DNA of 64,000 nt from an uncultured Clostridia bacterium (lineage in GTDB: Bacteria; Bacillota; Clostridia; TANB77; CAG-508), in contig CAKOUO010000004.1 of the NCBI GenBank assembly GCA_934120645.1, forward strand, positions 18,684 through 82,683. The letters are read 5' to 3'. The translations under genes were made by a program, and so were the position numbers. Positions 1-9,787 of this stretch are shown in pieces. Each line of letters begins with the position of its first letter. Within the stretch, counting starts at the first letter, position 1. The notes below the pieces were generated by a model. The model searched no databases and had not been told where the DNA came from. It saw nothing but the letters and a program-made list of their open reading frames with translations.

Positions 1-1
1 G

Positions 2-379
2 TGCACAATAGGAGGAAGAAATTATTATAAATATAATAGTAAAGGAGCAATAGCAGGTTTAGCATATATCTATTGTGATAATAAAAAAATGTATTTGCCA
101 CCTGTATTAGTTAGTACAGACCCAACAGCAGTTGTATATCTTACAAGCGATTCTGGTAATACACAATTTGGCAGTGCAACAACTATAAATTATGGAGGGG
201 TTACTTATTATTGTTCATCAAATGGTTACTGGATGTACCAAGATCCTGGATATAAAACAAATATAAAAGTATTAAATACAAATACAACATATTTTAGTGA
301 TGGTTCAGCAGGGGCACAAAGTTCAGTAAATGGAATAAAAGAAGCTGCTAAGATCTTGTTAGATAATTATTATAAGTAA
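2..379 (+). CDS. hypothetical protein, C-terminal fragment (ORF runs off the 5' edge)
   Basis: The frame of the listed 89..379 ORF stays open back to position 2. Gly/Tyr/Thr/Asn-rich, no motif recognised. Confidence 0.4.
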   Translation, partial: CTIGGRNYYKYNSKGAIAGLAYIYCDNKKMYLPPVLVSTDPTAVVYLTSDSGNTQFGSATTINYGGVTYYCSSNGYWMYQDPGYKTNIKVLNTNTTYFSDGSAGAQSSVNGIKEAAKILLDNYYK

Positions 380-412
380 AAGATAAAAAACAAAAGATGA
401 AGGAGAAAACAA

Positions 413-1183
413 ATGAATACATTTAAATTTTTTCCAGAAGGATGGAAAGATGAAAGTTTAATAAATACAAATGATATTTTTCAAGGAATTGTAGAAGAAT
501 GTGATGAAAACTATAATTTACATGTAAGAACAGAAAATAATATTGAAGGAATTATACCAAGAGAAGAAGTAGAAGAAATAAATGTTCAAGAAGATGGACT
601 TCCAAAAATAAATTTATGTATAGGCAAAATTCATAAATATGTTCAGTTTAAAATAAAGGAAAAAGATGAAGACAAATTAATACTTTCTAGAAAAGAAGTT
701 CAAAGAGAAGTTTTAGATTATATAAAAACAGATTTACAAGAAGGACAAAATATTAAGGGAATTGTAAAAAATATTAGACCATATGGGGCATTTATAGAGA
801 TAGGTGGAGGCGTAGTTGGGTTAGCACATATTGAAGATTTGTCAGTTGCTAGAATAAAAACACCATTTGAAAGGTTAAAAATTGGACAAAAAGTAAATAT
901 TGTGGTAAAATCTATAGATAGAAACACAGGAAAAGTAACTCTATCATATAAAGATACATTAGGAACTTGGGAAGAAAATGCCAAAGAATTTAAAGTAGGA
1001 ATGAAAACCAAAGGAATAGTAAGAGAAACCGAAAAAAATAAAAATGGGATTTTCATAGAATTAAGACCTAATCTAGTTGGAATGGCGGAATACAAAGAAG
1101 GATTAGAATATGGTCAAAATATTAATGTATTAATAAAAAAGATAGATTATGATAGAAAAAAAGTAAAATTAGCTTATTATTAA
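413..1183 (+). CDS. S1 RNA-binding domain protein (tandem S1/OB folds)
   Basis: GGAG RBS. S1-like segments GQNIKGIVKNIRPYGAFIEIGGGVVGLAHIEDLS and GMKTKGIVRETEKNKNGIFIEL. Confidence 0.75.
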   Translation: MNTFKFFPEGWKDESLINTNDIFQGIVEECDENYNLHVRTENNIEGIIPREEVEEINVQEDGLPKINLCIGKIHKYVQFKIKEKDEDKLILSRKEVQREVLDYIKTDLQEGQNIKGIVKNIRPYGAFIEIGGGVVGLAHIEDLSVARIKTPFERLKIGQKVNIVVKSIDRNTGKVTLSYKDTLGTWEENAKEFKVGMKTKGIVRETEKNKNGIFIELRPNLVGMAEYKEGLEYGQNINVLIKKIDYDRKKVKLAYY

Positions 1184-1202
1184 TTATAAGGAGGAAAAGA
1201 AA

Positions 1203-2135
1203 ATGGTCGAAGATAATGAAATTAAAGCACAAGTATCACCATTTGCAATAAGGGAAGGAGAAATAAAAACATTTGATGGTAAAGATGGATATGTATCAAT
1301 GAACCAAATTGTTCATAAAATAAATATAGGACATATTACAGATATTCATTTTGCTATATTAGATTTAGTAAATGAATTTGAATTTATCACATCAAGACAG
1401 TTATATCAAATGTTAGAAATAAAGGGAATAGACCCTAAATCACAAGATAAATTAAATAATAAACTAGATGCCTTGGTAAAATCTAAAATTTTAACAAGAT
1501 ATTATTTTACATCTGATGAAGGAAAAGGAATTTACAGAATATATTGTTTAGAAAAAATGGGAAAATATTTATTAACATCTAAAGAAGTAGAATGTAAATG
1601 GCAACCTTCAGACAACACAAAACCAGTGCCAATGATAAAAAAGAGATTAGCAGGAAACCAAGTATTAATTGCATATTTAAGAAAAGTAAAAGCATTTGAT
1701 AGCTATACAGTAAAACCAGCAATTACAGCAAAATCTTTAGGCAAAATTTTTAAAGCAACAGGAGGTTCTGTTAAATTAACAAAGAGCGGAAAATCAATAC
1801 AATTTGTATTTGAAGTATTTAGAAGAGAACAAGATTGGCAAAAAAAATTAGTTGATAAAATGAACTTATATAAAGACTTTTATGAAAACTTTGTACCAGG
1901 AGATTCAGGATTTGCAAGTATTCCACAATTAATATTTGTTTGTGAAGATGACAAACATATGGCAGAATGTTTTAAAGAGATGGTTACAAACAATATAGAA
2001 TTACCTAAAATCAAGTTATTATTTACTACAGATTTAAGACAAAATAAAGAAAGCTTAGTTGATACTTTAGTAGAATTTAAACTAGTTGACGGTAAATACA
2101 AAATGGAAAATGTTGAACTAAAACTTATAGGATAA
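1203..2135 (+). CDS. hypothetical protein with winged-helix-like N-terminal part; weak resemblance to the replication-relaxation family
   Basis: AAGGAGG RBS. The segment DIHFAILDLVNEFEFITSRQLYQML...LDALVKSKILTRYYF resembles the wHTH of Replic_Relax-type proteins. Recollection only, not searched. Confidence 0.3.
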   Translation: MVEDNEIKAQVSPFAIREGEIKTFDGKDGYVSMNQIVHKINIGHITDIHFAILDLVNEFEFITSRQLYQMLEIKGIDPKSQDKLNNKLDALVKSKILTRYYFTSDEGKGIYRIYCLEKMGKYLLTSKEVECKWQPSDNTKPVPMIKKRLAGNQVLIAYLRKVKAFDSYTVKPAITAKSLGKIFKATGGSVKLTKSGKSIQFVFEVFRREQDWQKKLVDKMNLYKDFYENFVPGDSGFASIPQLIFVCEDDKHMAECFKEMVTNNIELPKIKLLFTTDLRQNKESLVDTLVEFKLVDGKYKMENVELKLIG

Positions 2136-2204
2136 TGTCCTTTTGGGGACGTTTCCGTTTGGGACATCGTTGTAAAAAAGGACATTTTGATAGTTAATAA
2201 AATA

Positions 2205-2241
2205 AAAAACTTTTAGGAAATTCCTAAAAGTTTTTTTGCTC
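2205..2241. terminator. bidirectional rho-independent terminator between the convergent 1203..2135 gene and pflA
   Basis: Stem AAAAACTTTTAGG / CCTAAAAGTTTTT with T-runs on both strands; overlaps the pflA stop. Confidence 0.65.
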
Positions 2242-2950
2242 TATTTACATCATCATCATTTGCAATTCGCACACCATCTAGTTCATATTTTAACCCTAAT
2301 TTTTCCCATTTATATCTACCCATGTCATGATATGGAAGAATCTCAATTTTATCAACAGTATTTAAACTAGAAATAAAATCTTTTAATTTTAGCAAATCTT
2401 GTTCATCATCAGTATATCCCGGAACAAGAACTTGTCTAATCCACATATGAATATTATTATCACTTAAATATTGTGCAAAAGCAAGTTCTTTATCATTATT
2501 AAAACCAACTAGATTCTTACATTTTTCTGAATTAATTTGTTTAATATCTAATAAAACTAAATCAGTAAGAGAAAGTAGTTTTTTAACATCATCTGTTAAA
2601 GCAACCATACCTGATGTATCAATGCAAGTGTGAATATTTTCTTCTTTAAGTTTTTTAAATAATTCAATTAGAAATTTAACTTGAAGAAGAGGCTCTCCAC
2701 CAGTTACTGTTACACCACCATTTGGATATATATAATTTTTGTATCTAATGATTTTGTTGAAAATATTTTCTAGTGATTCGTATTTTCCACAGTTCATGTC
2801 CCAAGTGTCTCTATTATGACAATATTTGCATTTTAGATGACATCCTTGTAAAAATAGTACAAATCTTATTCCAGGGCCATCAACTGTTCCAAAAGATTCT
2901 ATTGAATGAATTTTTGCATAATATTTTAAATTAAAATCTTTATTTTCCAT
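2213..2950 (-). CDS. pflA: pyruvate formate-lyase activating enzyme (radical SAM)
   Basis: CHLKCKYCHN CxxxCxxC cluster motif, size, and position directly downstream of pflB. Confidence 0.9.
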   Translation of the reverse strand: MENKDFNLKYYAKIHSIESFGTVDGPGIRFVLFLQGCHLKCKYCHNRDTWDMNCGKYESLENIFNKIIRYKNYIYPNGGVTVTGGEPLLQVKFLIELFKKLKEENIHTCIDTSGMVALTDDVKKLLSLTDLVLLDIKQINSEKCKNLVGFNNDKELAFAQYLSDNNIHMWIRQVLVPGYTDDEQDLLKLKDFISSLNTVDKIEILPYHDMGRYKWEKLGLKYELDGVRIANDDDVNRAKKLLGIS

Positions 2951-2965
2951 AATTTACTCCTAGAA

Positions 2966-5203
2966 TTAAATTCTTTCATGAATTGTTCTATTTATTACAT
3001 CTAATTGTTGTTCTCTTGTTAATTTTGTAAAGTTAACTGCATATCCAGATACACGAATTGTAAGTTGAGGATATTTTTCTGGGTGATCCATTGCATCTTG
3101 TAGTAGACTTCTATCAAAAACATTTACATTTATGTGGTGACCTGTTTGTGAAAAATATCCGTCTAGCATATTTACAAGATTTGATATTTGTTCTTCTTCG
3201 GTTTTTCCAAGTGTTTTTGGTGTTATAGAAAATGTAAATGAAATACCGTCTTCTGATTGCTCAAATGGAAGCTTTGCAATTGAATTCATAACAGATAATG
3301 CACCATTTGTATCTCTTCCATGTAATGGGTTTGCACCTGGACCGAATGGAGCACCTGCTCTTCTTCCATCTGGAGTATTTCCAGTATTTTTTCCATAAAC
3401 TACATTTGATGTTATTGTTAAAATAGATAATGTTTGTTTTGAGTTTCTGTAAGTTTGATGTTTTTGCAATTTTGTTAGAAATCTTTTTACAATATATACT
3501 GCAATATCATCAACTCTGTCATCATCATTTCCGAATTTTGGAAAATCACCCTCTATTTCATAATCAGTAGCTAGTCCAGTTTCATCTCTAATTACTTTAA
3601 CTTTTGCATATTTTATTGCTGAAAGAGAATCAGCAACTACAGATAATCCTGCAATTCCACATGCCATAGTTCTTATAATTTCTTTATCATGTAAAGCCAT
3701 TTCAATTGCTTCATAAGAATACTTATCATGCATAAAATGTATAGCATTTAAAGCTTTTATATAAATCTTTGCAACATATTCCATCATCTGATCAAATTTT
3801 TCCATAACTTCATCATATTCTAAATATTCAGATGTTATTGGAGCATATTTTGGAGTTATTTGTTTTCCGGAAATTTCATCTCTACCACCATTTATTGCAT
3901 ATAGTAAAGTTTTGGCTAAATTTGCTCTTGCACCAAAGAATTGCATTTGTTTTCCTATTTTCATAGGTGATACACAACATGCTATTCCATAATCATCTCC
4001 TAATGTAATTCTCATTAGGTCATCATTTTCATATTGTATAGAAGAAGTTTTTATTGATAAATTAGTAGTATATTTTTTAAAACCATCAGGTAATCTAGTA
4101 GACCATAAAACTGTTAAATTAGGTTCTGGTGCTGGTCCTAAGTTTTCTAGTGAATGTAGAAGACGGAATGAATTTTTAGTAACTAAAGTTCTACCATCAA
4201 TTCCCATGCCACCAATACTTTCTGTTACCCATACAGGGTCACCACTGAATAATTCATTATATTCAGGAGTTCTAAGAAATCTAACAAGTCTTAATTTCAT
4301 AATAAAGTGATCCATAATTTCCTGAGCTTGTTCTTCTGTTAATAATCCATTTTTTAAATCTCTTTCAAAGTAAATATCTAAAAATGTTGAGGTTCTACCT
4401 AAACTCATAGCTGCACCATTTTGATCTTTAATAGCTCCTAAATATCCAAAATATAGCCATTGAACAGCTTCTTTTGCATTTGACGCTGGATCAGAGATGT
4501 CAAATCCATATTTTTGTGCCATAACTTTTAATTGTTCTAATGCATCTATTTGTTCTTTAATTTCTTCTCTTTCACGAATGATGCTTTCAGTAAATTCATC
4601 TGTATCTAAAATTTCGAGCTCGTTTTTTTTCTCTTCTATTAGAACATTTACACCATATAAAGCAACTCTTCTATAATCACCTATAATTCTTCCTCTACCA
4701 TAACCATCTGGTAAACCAGTTATTAAATGACTATTTCTAGCTGCTCTTATATCAGGTGTATAAACACTAAATACACCATCATTATGAGTTTTTCTTATTT
4801 TGTGAAAAATTACATCAACTTCAGGATCAACTTTTCGACCATAGGCTTCACAAGATTTTTCTACTATTCTAATTCCACCAAAAGGCATTATTGCTCTTTT
4901 TAATGGTTCATCAGTTTGAAGTCCAACAATTTCTTCTAAGTTTTTGTCAATATATCCAGCATTATGAGCAGAAACAGTTGATACTGTTTTTGTATCTATG
5001 TCTAAAACTCCACCAACAGAACTTTTTTCTTTTTTGTATAATTCTAAAACTTCATCCCATAATTTTTTCGTTTTTTCTGTTGCAGGTGTTAAAAAGTCTG
5101 AATTTCCTTCGTATTGAGTATAGTTTTTTTGTATGAAATCTCTTACATTTATTTCATACTTCCAATCTCCAATTTTAAAATCATTCCATTGTTTAAAATC
5201 CAT
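2966..5203 (-). CDS. pflB: formate C-acetyltransferase (pyruvate formate-lyase)
   Basis: 745 aa. Glycyl-radical motif RVSGYAVNF near the C-terminus and active-site GIACCVSP. Confidence 0.95.
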   Translation of the reverse strand: MDFKQWNDFKIGDWKYEINVRDFIQKNYTQYEGNSDFLTPATEKTKKLWDEVLELYKKEKSSVGGVLDIDTKTVSTVSAHNAGYIDKNLEEIVGLQTDEPLKRAIMPFGGIRIVEKSCEAYGRKVDPEVDVIFHKIRKTHNDGVFSVYTPDIRAARNSHLITGLPDGYGRGRIIGDYRRVALYGVNVLIEEKKNELEILDTDEFTESIIREREEIKEQIDALEQLKVMAQKYGFDISDPASNAKEAVQWLYFGYLGAIKDQNGAAMSLGRTSTFLDIYFERDLKNGLLTEEQAQEIMDHFIMKLRLVRFLRTPEYNELFSGDPVWVTESIGGMGIDGRTLVTKNSFRLLHSLENLGPAPEPNLTVLWSTRLPDGFKKYTTNLSIKTSSIQYENDDLMRITLGDDYGIACCVSPMKIGKQMQFFGARANLAKTLLYAINGGRDEISGKQITPKYAPITSEYLEYDEVMEKFDQMMEYVAKIYIKALNAIHFMHDKYSYEAIEMALHDKEIIRTMACGIAGLSVVADSLSAIKYAKVKVIRDETGLATDYEIEGDFPKFGNDDDRVDDIAVYIVKRFLTKLQKHQTYRNSKQTLSILTITSNVVYGKNTGNTPDGRRAGAPFGPGANPLHGRDTNGALSVMNSIAKLPFEQSEDGISFTFSITPKTLGKTEEEQISNLVNMLDGYFSQTGHHINVNVFDRSLLQDAMDHPEKYPQLTIRVSGYAVNFTKLTREQQLDVINRTIHERI

Positions 5204-5315
5204 ATAATTTACCTCCCTTAATTATTTTTAGTATTTACTATTTAGCTGATATTATAATAACATAAGAGAAAAATATTAGCAATTAAAAAAAATATAAAAA
5301 ATTTCAAAAAAACTA

Positions 5316-5344
5316 TTGCAAAATTTAAAAAGTTATATTACAAT
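5316..5344 (+). promoter_or_regulatory. sigma-A-type promoter of the dcw cluster
   Basis: TTGCAA (5316-5321), 17-nt spacer, TACAAT (5339-5344), directly upstream of the MraZ boxes. Confidence 0.55.
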
Positions 5345-5351
5345 TTACATT

Positions 5352-5379
5352 AAGTGGAGGAAAGTGGTACAAAGTGGTA
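5352..5379 (+). promoter_or_regulatory. MraZ operator: three direct AAGTGG repeats at 10-nt spacing
   Basis: tAAGTGGagg aAAGTGGtac aAAGTGGtat lies between the promoter and the mraZ RBS. It matches the known MraZ-box architecture (GTG[G/T]-core repeats, 10-nt period). Confidence 0.8.
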
Positions 5380-5406
5380 TAAAAAATAGAAAGAGGTGAA
5401 GTTCAA

Positions 5407-5832
5407 TTGTTAATGGGTGAATATGAGCATTCTCTAGATGCTAAAGGCAGATTGATTATGCCAGCCAAACTAAGACAAGACATCGGAGACAAGTTTGTTA
5501 TAACAAAAGGTTTAGATGGATGTTTGTTTGCATTTTCACAAGAAGAATGGTTGAATTTCGAAACAAAATTAAAATCATTACCACTATCTGATAAAAATGC
5601 GAGAAATTTCGTAAGATTTTTCTTATCAGGAGCCACAGAATGCGAAATAGATAAACAAGGAAGATTTTTAATCCCAAATAATTTAAGATTAGCAGCAGAA
5701 TTAGAAAAAGAAGCAGTAATAATTGGAGTTGGAACAAGACTAGAAATATGGAATAAACAAAATTGGGAAAAATGCGATGAAAATATTTCAGCAGATGAAA
5801 TTGCTGAAAATATGACAATGCTTGGTATATAA
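5407..5832 (+). CDS. mraZ: transcriptional regulator MraZ
   Basis: (L)[21 protein letters not shown] plus a second GRFLIP half-site, i.e. the duplicated SpoVT-AbrB fold. TTG start 7 nt after AGAGGTGA. Confidence 0.95.
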   Translation: MLMGEYEHSLDAKGRLIMPAKLRQDIGDKFVITKGLDGCLFAFSQEEWLNFETKLKSLPLSDKNARNFVRFFLSGATECEIDKQGRFLIPNNLRLAAELEKEAVIIGVGTRLEIWNKQNWEKCDENISADEIAENMTMLGI

Positions 5833-5865
5833 CTTGCAAAAGTTTATATAAATTCCAAAGATAAA

Positions 5866-5995
5866 AGTACAAAAGAATTATTACAAAAGATGAAAGTACA
5901 AAAGATAAACACAAAAGAAAAAATTACAAAAGATAATAATACAGAAGATTGCCATACAAAAGAAAATAGTACAAAAGATAAAAGTACAAAAGATA
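5866..5995. repeat. degenerate 15-bp tandem repeat (about 9 units, core TACAAAAGA) in the mraZ-rsmH spacer
   Basis: TACAAAAGA-like 9-mers start at 5868, 5882, 5897, 5910, 5925, 5940, 5955, 5970 and 5985. Weaker copies extend to about 6070. Confidence 0.8.
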
Positions 5996-6092
5996 TAAAA
6001 TAAAAAACAAAAGCCTTGAAAATACAAATGAAATTGTATAAAAATTACAAAAGGAATTTATAAGATACCAAAGTATAAGTACATAAAAATAA

Positions 6093-6127
6093 AACAGCTG
6101 GTAGCTTCTACCAGTTGTTTTTGTTTT
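6093..6127 (+). terminator. rho-independent terminator between mraZ and rsmH
   Basis: Stem AACAGCTGGTAG / CTACCAGTTGTT (one G-U pair) followed by TTTTTGTTTT. Confidence 0.7.
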
Positions 6128-6153
6128 AAGACTATAAAATAAGAGGTGCTAAA

Positions 6154-7089
6154 TTGGAATTTAAACATAAACCTGTAATGCTAAAAGAATGTATTGAAGG
6201 ACTAAATATAAAACCAAACGGAATATATGTTGATGGAACTTTAGGAGGAGCAGGACATAGCAAAGAAATAGTAAAAAAACTATCAGAAAAAGGCTTGTTA
6301 ATTGGAATAGATAGAGATGAAGATGCATTAAAAGCAGCTAAAGAAAATTTAAAAGAATATGATAATGTAAAATATGTAAAAGACAATCATGATAATATAA
6401 AACAAATATTAGAAAATCTTGGAATAGAAAAGGTTGACGGAATTTTGTTAGATTTAGGTGTTTCTTCATATCAATTAGATGAAAGAAATAGAGGTTTTAG
6501 TTATTTAGGTGAAAATAGGTTAGACATGAGAATGGATAAATCTCAAAAACTAACTGCTGAAGAGGTTGTAAATACATATACAGAGGAAGATTTAGCTAAT
6601 ATTATTTATGAATATGGCGAAGAAAGATTTTCAAGACAAATAGCAAAAAATATTTGTCAATTTAGAAAAAATAATAAGATAGAAACTACAAAACAATTAG
6701 TAGAAATTATAGAAAAATCAATACCAAAATCAAAGCAAAAAGATGGACATCCAGCAAAAAGAACATTTCAAGCAATTAGAATAGAAGTTAATGATGAAAT
6801 AAAACCATTATATAATACAGTTAAGGATTGTATTGATTGCTTAGAACCAGAAGGAAGATTATGCATAATAACATTCCATTCTTTAGAAGATAGGGCTGTA
6901 AAAAATGCAATGATAGATGCAAAGGGCAAATGCACATGTCCACCAGATTTACCATATTGTATATGTGGTGCAAAATCATTAGGAAAAATAATAACAAGAA
7001 AACCTATTATAGCAAGCAAGCAAGAACAAGAAGAAAACTCAAGAAGTAAAAGTGCAAAACTTAGAATATTTGAAAAAGTAGAAAAGTAA
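6154..7089 (+). CDS. rsmH: 16S rRNA (cytosine1402-N4)-methyltransferase RsmH
   Basis: [13 protein letters not shown]...[17 protein letters not shown] start after AAGAGGTG, dcw position. Confidence 0.95.
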   Translation: MEFKHKPVMLKECIEGLNIKPNGIYVDGTLGGAGHSKEIVKKLSEKGLLIGIDRDEDALKAAKENLKEYDNVKYVKDNHDNIKQILENLGIEKVDGILLDLGVSSYQLDERNRGFSYLGENRLDMRMDKSQKLTAEEVVNTYTEEDLANIIYEYGEERFSRQIAKNICQFRKNNKIETTKQLVEIIEKSIPKSKQKDGHPAKRTFQAIRIEVNDEIKPLYNTVKDCIDCLEPEGRLCIITFHSLEDRAVKNAMIDAKGKCTCPPDLPYCICGAKSLGKIITRKPIIASKQEQEENSRSKSAKLRIFEKVEK

Positions 7090-7113
7090 AAGAAAGAGAG
7101 GTGAAGTAAACTT

Positions 7114-7620
7114 ATGGTACAGGCTAAATACCAATATGGTACAAGTCCTAGAAAAATTGATCCTAATTATGAAAGAAAAATAAACAAAACAACTAGAAAA
7201 GGAAAACTGAAAATAGTTGAGGATTTACCAAGACAACAAGTAAAAGTATCAAAAGAACAAAGAAGAAAGCAACTAAAAATGACAGTTGCTGTTGCTGGTT
7301 TATTTTTGGTATTATTAACCATAAGTTGTAGAAACTCTCAAATAGATAAAAAATTTACACAAATTCAAGAACAAAAAAAAGAGCTTTCAACACTTCAAAA
7401 AGAAAATGAACAATTAAAAGTAAATATAGAAAATAGTTTAAATTTAAGCAATATAGAAAAAACTGCTAAAGAAGAATTGGGAATGGAAAAATTAACAAGT
7501 AAACAAACTGTTTATGTAGCATTACCTAAGAAAGATTATATAGAATCAGCTTCTGAAAAAGTAGTAATGGACGGACAGAAAAATTGGTTTGAACAAATAT
7601 TTGAAAAAGTTTTTAAATAA
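7114..7620 (+). CDS. ftsL: FtsL/DivIC-like cell division protein
   Basis: Lies between rsmH and the PBP. Basic N-terminus, a single TM (VAVAGLFLVLLTISC), then a coiled-coil (QEQKKELSTLQKENEQLK). Confidence 0.6.
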   Translation: MVQAKYQYGTSPRKIDPNYERKINKTTRKGKLKIVEDLPRQQVKVSKEQRRKQLKMTVAVAGLFLVLLTISCRNSQIDKKFTQIQEQKKELSTLQKENEQLKVNIENSLNLSNIEKTAKEELGMEKLTSKQTVYVALPKKDYIESASEKVVMDGQKNWFEQIFEKVFK

Positions 7621-7695
7621 ATAGAATATACTCAAAATTTTGGATTTGAAGAATAAAAACATAAAGATTTAATAAATATTAGTAGAGGTGTTTTT

Positions 7696-9684
7696 ATGTT
7701 TCAAACAAATCTATCAATGAAGAAAAAATTGAGAAATATTCTATTTATTGTTTTTTTAGTTATTATTTTATTAATAGGAAGATTAGGATATATTCAGATT
7801 ATAGAAGGAACAAAATTATCTCAAATGGCTTATGAACAACAAACATTAGATAGAGCTGTTAACCCTAAAAGAGGAACTATATATGATTCAACAGGTACAG
7901 TATTAGCACAAAGTAGTACAGTTGAGACTGTTACTGTTAATCCGGTAAATATAGGCAGTGATGACAAAGAAAAAGTTGCAAAAAAGTTGTCTGAGATTTT
8001 TAATTTAGATTATGATAAAATTTTAAAGAAAGTATCAAAAAGAAGCTCAATAGAAACAATAGTAAAAAAAGTTGAGAAAGAAAAAACAGATGAACTTAGA
8101 AAATGGATGGAAGAAAACAATATAACATCAGGTATTAATATAGATGAAGATACCAAGAGATATTATCCATATAATAATTTAGCTTCTCAGATTATAGGAT
8201 TTTGTGGAAGTGATAATCAAGGACTAGATGGGATTGAAGCTAAGTATGATAAACAATTATCTGGAACAAAAGGGGCAATAAAAAGACATACAGATGCAAA
8301 AGGTGGAGAAATTGGAGAAGAAGGAGAAAAATATGTAGCAGCTGTTGATGGAAATGATTTAATTTTGTCAATTGATGTTAATGTCCAATCAATAATAGAA
8401 AAATATTTAAAAGAAGCTTGTATTGATAATAAATGTACTGATGGTGGAAATATTGTGGTTATGAATCCTCAAAATGGAGATATTTTGGGAATGGCTACAT
8501 ATCCTAGTTATAATTTAAATGAACCATATGGGGCATTTACAGATGATTTGAAATTGATATGGGATGGGTTGAATCAATCTGAAAAAACAACTAATTTGCA
8601 AGCAGTTTGGAGAAATAGAGCAATTACAGATACATATGAGCCAGGTTCAACTTTTAAAACAATAACATCATCAGCAGCATTAGAAGAGGGGCTAGTAACA
8701 GATATAGATAAACAAGGCCAATTTTCTTGCACTGGAGGAATAGAAGTTGCAGGAGTTAGAATTAAATGTTGGAGATATTATAGACCACATGGACCAGAAA
8801 GCTTAAGGCAAGCACTAATGAATTCTTGTAATCCAATATTTATAGGACTTGGACAAAAAATGGGAGTTCATACATATTATAGCTATTTACAAAAATTTGG
8901 ATTATTAAATACAACAGGTATAGATTTACCAGGAGAAGCTGGAAGTATTTTCTTGGCAGAGAACAAAGCTGGACCGGTTGAACTTGCAACTATTAGTTTC
9001 GGGCAAAGATTTGAAATTACACCAATTCAACTTGTAACAGCTGTTTCTGCTATAGCTAATGGAGGTACATTAGTACAGCCAAGAGTTGTAAAACAAATTG
9101 TAAATAGTGAAACAAAAGAGGTAACAGATATACCGGTAAAAACAAAAGGAACAGCAATCTCAAAAGAAACTTCAGAAAAAGTTTTAAGTATGATGGAATC
9201 TGTTGTATCAGAAGGTACAGGAAAAAATGCAAAAGTAGCTGGATACAGAATAGGAGGAAAGACAGGAACTTCTGAAGATGGAGTTAATACAGGAAAATAT
9301 GTTACATCATTTTTGGGAGTTGCACCTGTTGATAATGCTAAGCTAGTAATGTTAATTACTCTATATAATCCAACAGGAGAAGGAGGACACCAAGGAGGTG
9401 GTGTTGCAGCACCACTTGCTGGCCAAATATTTAATGAACTTTTACCATATTTAGAAATATCCCAAGGAAATCAAGATGAGGTTGAACAAGTAGAACAAAT
9501 AGAAGTACCAAATATAGAAGGGCTAAGTATAAATGAAGCAGAAAAGAAAATTAAAGAAATAGGCTTAGAACTTAGTATAGAAGGAGATACAGAAAATTTA
9601 GACAAAGAAAATACAAAAATAGTTGAGCAAACTCCAAAAGAAGGAATTGTAGTAAAAAAAGGTAGCAAAGTTTATATAAAATAA
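7696..9684 (+). CDS. class B penicillin-binding protein (FtsI/SpoVD/PBP2B type) with a C-terminal PASTA domain
   Basis: N-terminal TM; transpeptidase motifs STFK, SCN and KTGT; PASTA-like tail VPNIEGLSINEAEKKIKEIGL. Confidence 0.9.
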   Translation: MFQTNLSMKKKLRNILFIVFLVIILLIGRLGYIQIIEGTKLSQMAYEQQTLDRAVNPKRGTIYDSTGTVLAQSSTVETVTVNPVNIGSDDKEKVAKKLSEIFNLDYDKILKKVSKRSSIETIVKKVEKEKTDELRKWMEENNITSGINIDEDTKRYYPYNNLASQIIGFCGSDNQGLDGIEAKYDKQLSGTKGAIKRHTDAKGGEIGEEGEKYVAAVDGNDLILSIDVNVQSIIEKYLKEACIDNKCTDGGNIVVMNPQNGDILGMATYPSYNLNEPYGAFTDDLKLIWDGLNQSEKTTNLQAVWRNRAITDTYEPGSTFKTITSSAALEEGLVTDIDKQGQFSCTGGIEVAGVRIKCWRYYRPHGPESLRQALMNSCNPIFIGLGQKMGVHTYYSYLQKFGLLNTTGIDLPGEAGSIFLAENKAGPVELATISFGQRFEITPIQLVTAVSAIANGGTLVQPRVVKQIVNSETKEVTDIPVKTKGTAISKETSEKVLSMMESVVSEGTGKNAKVAGYRIGGKTGTSEDGVNTGKYVTSFLGVAPVDNAKLVMLITLYNPTGEGGHQGGGVAAPLAGQIFNELLPYLEISQGNQDEVEQVEQIEVPNIEGLSINEAEKKIKEIGLELSIEGDTENLDKENTKIVEQTPKEGIVVKKGSKVYIK

Positions 9685-9787
9685 TGTTGAAAAACTCTAT
9701 ACAAAAAAAGGATTTAGTTATATAATATAAAAAAATTATGGATAAAAATTTGTCTATAAAACGTATTAAAAGAGAGGATGATTCTAA

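Noticed and set aside
5866-5995. The mraZ-rsmH repeat array as a CRISPR array.
   Set aside because: The period is only 15 bp with no unique spacers, and no cas genes are present. It is a degenerate tandem repeat.
5830-6003. Stop-codon read-through of mraZ into the 56-codon open extension.
   Set aside because: The open frame is explained by the A-rich repeat lacking stop triplets in that phase, and there is no known read-through context. It is kept only as a side note in the spacer finding.
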